Positions 58,728-64,000 of a DNA stretch of 64,000 nt are shown here, piece by piece. Source of the DNA: the human T2T-CHM13v2.0 reference genome, Homo sapiens; NCBI RefSeq assembly GCF_009914755.1, contig NC_060939.1, one strand, 5' to 3'. Every line of letters starts with the position of its first letter. Position 1 is the stretch's first letter. Both the position numbers and the translations under genes were made by a program. The notes under the pieces were generated by a model. That model had not been told where the DNA came from. It did not search any database and was given only the letters and a program-made list of their open reading frames with translations.

Positions 58728-59706
58728 CAGGAAGTCCCTGCTTTGCACGACAGCACAGACCATAGAAATGACTGTGCAAGATGAAACCATGTAAAGTGAT
58801 CTGAATAATCAATGAGGAAAATTATAATTATTCCACAGCCTTTAAAAAATGTTGTCAAAGCATTAAAAACACCTCCTGTTTGTTATATATATGTAAATGA
58901 AAAGATAAAATTATATTTATTTAGTACACTATTATTTAAGTATTAGAAATAATTAGAATTAAAATATTTTATTTCTTTGCAAAAAAAAAAAAATGTTACC
59001 CACAGTAGTTTGAACAGGGCTTGCCTTCTTTTTCTCATGGTACAATTATGGAATGAGCATCTTTTCTATGCCTTGGCAAAGTGTAATGCTTCTTTCTAAA
59101 TTTGGGTTAGTTTCCAACATTTTATCCTTTGTGCTTTCAATGTTGTGAAATATCTCCAAGAGTTCCTTTAACATGAAGTGATTTCTTTTGAGCGTCACTT
59201 CCTCTGGGACATTTTCATCTTTATCGTCACAGCCACTCTCCTCCTTTACGTGCATAAGTCCATCTTTACTAAGTTTCCCTGGCTGCATATCTAGAGTGTC
59301 AGCAGCAAGGTCACCAATTCCACAGTCAGCTATTTCTTCTAATTCCATTGACATTTGATTCAAATTTTACATTCATCATTATCAAATTTTGTTCTTTGCT
59401 TTATTTTTATCTTTAGTGGTCAATTCCCATTTTCTAACATTCATTTTTATAAAATGTCACATGAATTTATTACTAGTGACAAGGAGACACAGATTGGTGA
59501 CAGATTATGAAGGGCATCTGTCACTGATGTAGCAATTTTTCTTCTGCAGAGGCAGCAGCATAGTCTGTGCTTCATGCAATCACTCACGGTTAATATACCA
59601 GGGTAACTGAAATTTGAACCATGCTGTTAGGGACTGGTGTTATTGAAGCAAACCGTGGTAACTGAAATCCACACATATCAGAACTCTGCAAAGTGAGAGC
59701 TGCCTG
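58728..59706 (-). mobile_element. Tigger6-like TcMar-Tigger element with transposase C-terminal remnant
   Basis: TIRs caggaagtccctgctttgcac / ctgcaaagtgagagctgcctg with TA TSDs; ORF 59046-59363 (-) DTLDMQP...EIFHNIESTKDKMLETNPNLERS resembles the Tigger transposase tail. Confidence 0.8.
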
Positions 59707-61667
59707 TATTGTGAAATATTCTGCTGGAAGCCTTTTAATGGGCCCTGAGACCTCTTATGACTTCTTTATTGCCCTATTTTTGGGAAATTCTTAGATAGGA
59801 AAACATCGTGTCTTATCAATATTTGCTTATAACTGTAACACAGAGTAGATTATATTTGATCACTGACTGCCTTGGAACTATCCAATAAATCTTATGTTTT
59901 ACCCTCTGCCAAACAAGTTAGATTTTGGAACATCAATTTATTCTATCTGCAATGAAGCAAGATCATCTTTAGCTTCTACCTGTAAGGTTGAAACTAGTGA
60001 AACACTCCTCGCCCTTCAAGACCCAACTCAAATGTCACCTTCTCAATGAGCCTTTCCTGCACCCATCAGTTAGTCACACATCTTGAAGAACAAAGATTCT
60101 TCTTGTTCACCTTTATGTCCTTTGTACCCTGCACAGTGCCTAGCCCATATGAGATGCACAAATATTTCTTGAGTAATGATAATTTATCTCAAACTTTTTT
60201 AAAAAGTGTATTTTTCTAGTCAATAATTGGATGCTTCCCAGCATGACATTGTAAGTAAAAGGCCCAAAAGGAATAGTAGCCAAGAGACACAGTTTGATGG
60301 CCTAGCATTTACATCCAAGAGTACCAGAATCTAGTTCCAAATACTGGAGGGCCATCTTGGGTGTCATGGTCAGGACAGACTGGGGAAAGCCCCACTGAGT
60401 GGGCGTATGATCTGCATATAAATTTTGCTGACTCACGCTGGCTTCGGTGTTTGCAGTCCTCTCAATCCATAATGGATAACACATGGGGGAAGAGAGTTAT
60501 GAAAAAAACATAGTCATATGGTTCAGTGTATAGATCTGAGGAAAATACCTTTTAAATGAAATTGAGCCAAACGTCTGTCTCACTCTGTTTGCAAAGTACA
60601 CAGTACTGTATGGACTAATCAAACTTTATAGCTCTCCTGTGCAATCTTGTACATTCCTAAAAACATGTTTCTCCCAGAGCTGTCACTTGTTGGAAATGTG
60701 TCACTGACCAAACAGTGTTTTCTATACTACACAGAATGAAATGTAAATATCATACAAAGTCCATTTGACCGAGCTCATGGGAAAGCATGAAACAATATAC
60801 ATTCCACATTATGTCTTTCTCTCACAAACTACACACATGCACCACACAAAAATCAGAAACAAAAGCAAGAAAGTATTTGGCTCATTGGGCAAGTTACACA
60901 ACACTCATTTCATTAAATTAATTCTTTTATCTGCAAATCCCCACAAATACTTAGTAAACTTCACCTGATGAAAGGGATTATTGTCATTTTACAGAAAACA
61001 AAGCAGTAAGCGTTTGTCCAATTGCACAATGGAACTCAGAAAAACCCAGCTTTCCTGAACCCAAAAGTTCACACAGATGTAAAAGCTATACAAGAGAACC
61101 ATAAGAGGCTGCAATAAATCTTTATACATGTTGTCACCACACAGTCAAGCTCCACAGAGTCAGGAGGCATGTGGATGTGTGTCTACACATTCAAGCACAT
61201 GCATGAAGATGTAAGAGCAGGTAGACACTCCCACATGGAGATTATGGCTTCAGCAAAGCATGAAGAAGGTAGTGTGTGCATGATGAGTGTGAGAGGCGGA
61301 TATAGTCAGCAAGCCAAAGAGTGACATGATGGGAGAGTGGCAGAATTTAAATCTGGGCAAAGTCAACTAGTATTGTGAAGAGTTTCAAATGTTTCATCTC
61401 AAGAATACAGTCTATAGACAATCGGACCTACATCTCCAGATTTTGAAAGTGAAGTTATATGAAGGCGTTTCTTCTTATTTGAAGAAGCACTGTTCTGCAG
61501 CAATAGAGCAAGCATGCACTTTCGAGTTTTGTTGTTGGCAGTGGCGGTGGCCATGGTGGGAGTGGTTTTTTTTTTTTGTTTTTTTCTGGCAGAGACTATA
61601 GTTCTGATCTGGCAGGCCCAGTGAGAACTTTGCAATATGTCAAATGTATGACAACAAGAATTCTTAC

Positions 61668-61735
61668 CTAATCATGTTTTGAATATTAGAAATCAGTAGT
61701 CCTTAATGGCTTAATATATTCTTAGTAAAGCAGCC
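61668..61735 (-). other. candidate 68-nt non-coding exon
   Basis: minus strand ctctgtcttag|GGCTGC...GATTAG|gtaaga; stops in all three frames; no transcript evidence. Confidence 0.3.
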
Positions 61736-62289
61736 CTAAGACAGAGTTCTTGGTGGATAATACTTGTCCGTAAGTTCAGAAAAAAGGATTTGCATCTATG
61801 TATTAACCCATCAGGAAGATTGGCTCACACTCGGACTCTACTTTAAGCTACAGAGGCAAGGGCTGCATCAACAGACTCCCAGAAACCACAAGGACTTCCA
61901 TCCTCACAGCTCTGAAGATATGAGAGTGGCGGTGACCAGCTGTCCACGCAGGGACTTGAGGCTCAGCTGGGAAGAGGAGGCCTTGGTTTGGCCACCGGAC
62001 ACTCAGTTTACATTTCATCCTGTTTGCCCAGAGCCTGATCACATTCTGCCTCATATCCATGCTGCACTCTTCACAGTTTGCCTCTAGCATCTTCCCGAAG
62101 GGATAGACTGTGCCCCACAAGCTCACTGCTCTGCACACACCAGGCACAAAGCGGGTGTGTGAGTAGAAGGAAAGTCACCAACAATCTTTTCTTTATAAGA
62201 TATAAGAAATGTAATGTTCAGTGTGCCTTAGGAAACAAACTGATGTCTTTCTATGAATGGGGGGTCCCCAAGGCACCTCAGAATTTTTT

Positions 62290-62780
62290 TTTACAACATG
62301 TTTTGATATACAACTACATGGTGAAATCATTACTATTGTGAAATGAATTAACATGTCTATTGTCTCACATAGTTATTTTTGTGATAAGATACCTAAAATC
62401 TATTCTCTTAGCAAATTTTTAGGGCACAACACAACACTAACTATAGCCCTCGTGCTGTACTTAAGCTCTCTAGACTTCTTTATCCTACATAACTGCAGCT
62501 TCATACGCTTTAACCTACATCTCCCTCCATCCGCTCCTCCCAGCTGCCCATGGTAACCACTATTCTACTCTATTTCTACACATTCAGCTTTTTTTGGATC
62601 TCTGCACTTGTAAGTGCAGTCACACAGTATTTTTATATCTGTTTCGGGCCGATTTCACTTGGCATAATGTCCTCCAGGTTCATCCATGTTGTTCCAAATG
62701 ACAGAATCTCCTTATTTTTTTAAGGCTGAATAATATTTCATTGTATGTATTGTGTGTATGTATATATACACCACAATTTC
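62290..62780 (-). mobile_element. L1MA/L1MB-type 3' fragment
   Basis: aattaacatgtctattgtctcacatagtta...taaaatctattctcttagcaaattt...ggcataatgtcctccaggttcatccatgttgt. Confidence 0.75.
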
Positions 62781-64000
62781 TTTTTTTTAACTTTTAGGTT
62801 CAGGGGTACGTGTTCAGGTCTGTTATACAGGTAAATTGTAAGTCACAGGGGTTTGGTGTACAGATTATTTTGCCACCCAGGTAATCAGCATAGCACATGA
62901 CAAGTAGTTTATTCATTCTTCCTGCACCCTTAAGTATGACCTGGTGTCTGCTGTTCCCTTCTTTGTGTCCTTGTGTACTCAATGTTTAGGTCTCACTTAT
63001 AAGTGAAAACACGTGATATTTGGTTTTCTGTTCCAGTGTCAGTTTGCTTAGGATTAAGGTCTCTAGCTCCATCCACATTTGTTCAAAGGACATGTTCTCA
63101 TTCCTTTTTATGGCTGCATAGTGTTCCACAGTATGTATGCGCCACATTTTCTTTATTCAGTCTACTGTTGACGGGCAGCAAGATTGATTCCACATTTTTG
63201 CTGTTGTGAATAGTGCTGTGATGAACATACACATGTGTGTGGCTTTATGGTAGAATGATTTCTATTCCTTTGGGTATATACCCAATAATGGAATTGCTGG
63301 GCCCAGTGGTAGTTCTGCTTTGAGTTCTTTGAGAAATTACCAAACTGCTTTCCACAGTGGCTGAACTAGTTTACATTTCCACCAGCAGTGTATAAGTGTT
63401 TTTTTTTCCCCACAACCTCACCAGCATCTTTTATTTTTTGACTTTTTAATAATAGGGAACCTAACTAGTGTGAGATGGTACCTGTTTGTGGTTTTGCTTT
63501 GAATTTCTCTAATGATTAGTGATATTGAGCATTTTATCATGTGCTTGTTGTCCATGTGTATGTCTTCTTTTGAAAAGCATCTGTTCATGTCCTTTGCCCA
63601 CTTTTTAATGGGGTTGTTTTTGGCTTAAGTTCCTTATATACTTCTGGATATTACACCTCCCATTCTGTAGGTTGTCTGTTTACTCTATTGATAGTTCTTT
63701 CACTCTGCAGAAACTCTTTCATTTAATTAGGTCGCATCTAACCATTTTTGTTTTTACTGCAATTGTTTTTGGCTTGTTATGAAATTTTTGCCAGGTCCTA
63801 TATCCAGAATGGTATTTCCTAGGTTATCTTCCAGGATTTTTATACTTTTACGTTTAACATCTAAACCTTTAATCCATATTCAGTTGATTTTTGTATATGG
63901 TCCAGTTTCAATCTTCTGCACATGGCTAGCCAGTTATCCCAGCACCATTTATTGAATAGGGTGTTATTTCCCTGTTGCTTGTTTTTGTCAGCTTTGTAGA
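62781..64000 (-). mobile_element. L1PA15/16-like LINE-1 3' portion, running off the window
   Basis: poly-T then taacttttaggttcaggggtacgtg...ggggtttggtgtacagattattttgccacccaggtaat; L1 ORF2 3' sequence to the window end. Confidence 0.85.

Noticed and set aside
59046-59363. 105-aa acidic ORF as a possible domesticated gene
   Set aside because: Transposase C-terminal remnant within an internally deleted Tigger; no DNA-binding or catalytic domain

Overview
Human (primate) nuclear DNA, intronic or intergenic. I find no recognisable host protein-coding exon and could not name the locus. The dominant feature is a full-length, ~6.0 kb L1PA2-type LINE-1 on the + strand (25856-31878, 15-bp TSD). Its ORF1 and ORF2 are dead, but the antisense ORF0 (71 aa), both ORF0 splice donors and the YY1 site are intact. 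Other repeats are a very young 5'-truncated AluYc1, older Alus including an inverted pair, a solo LTR nested inside a MER31 LTR, truncated L1 fragments, DNA-transposon relics (MER20, MER45, MER58A, Tigger6), MIR/L2 relics and microsatellites. Most ORFs in the supplied track are spurious. I see no evidence of a new multi-gene system. The most unusual unexplained signals are: (1) a 61-bp copy of local unique sequence from 4.1 kb away inserted into an AluJ; (2) non-canonical termini on the L1PA2; (3) a possible ORF0 fusion exon next to the L1; (4) a 50-nt CpG-containing hairpin at 38138; (5) candidate minus-strand small exons; (6) several CpG-retaining, enhancer-like patches. Repeat family names come from remembered consensus sequences, and boundaries of ancient repeats are approximate.
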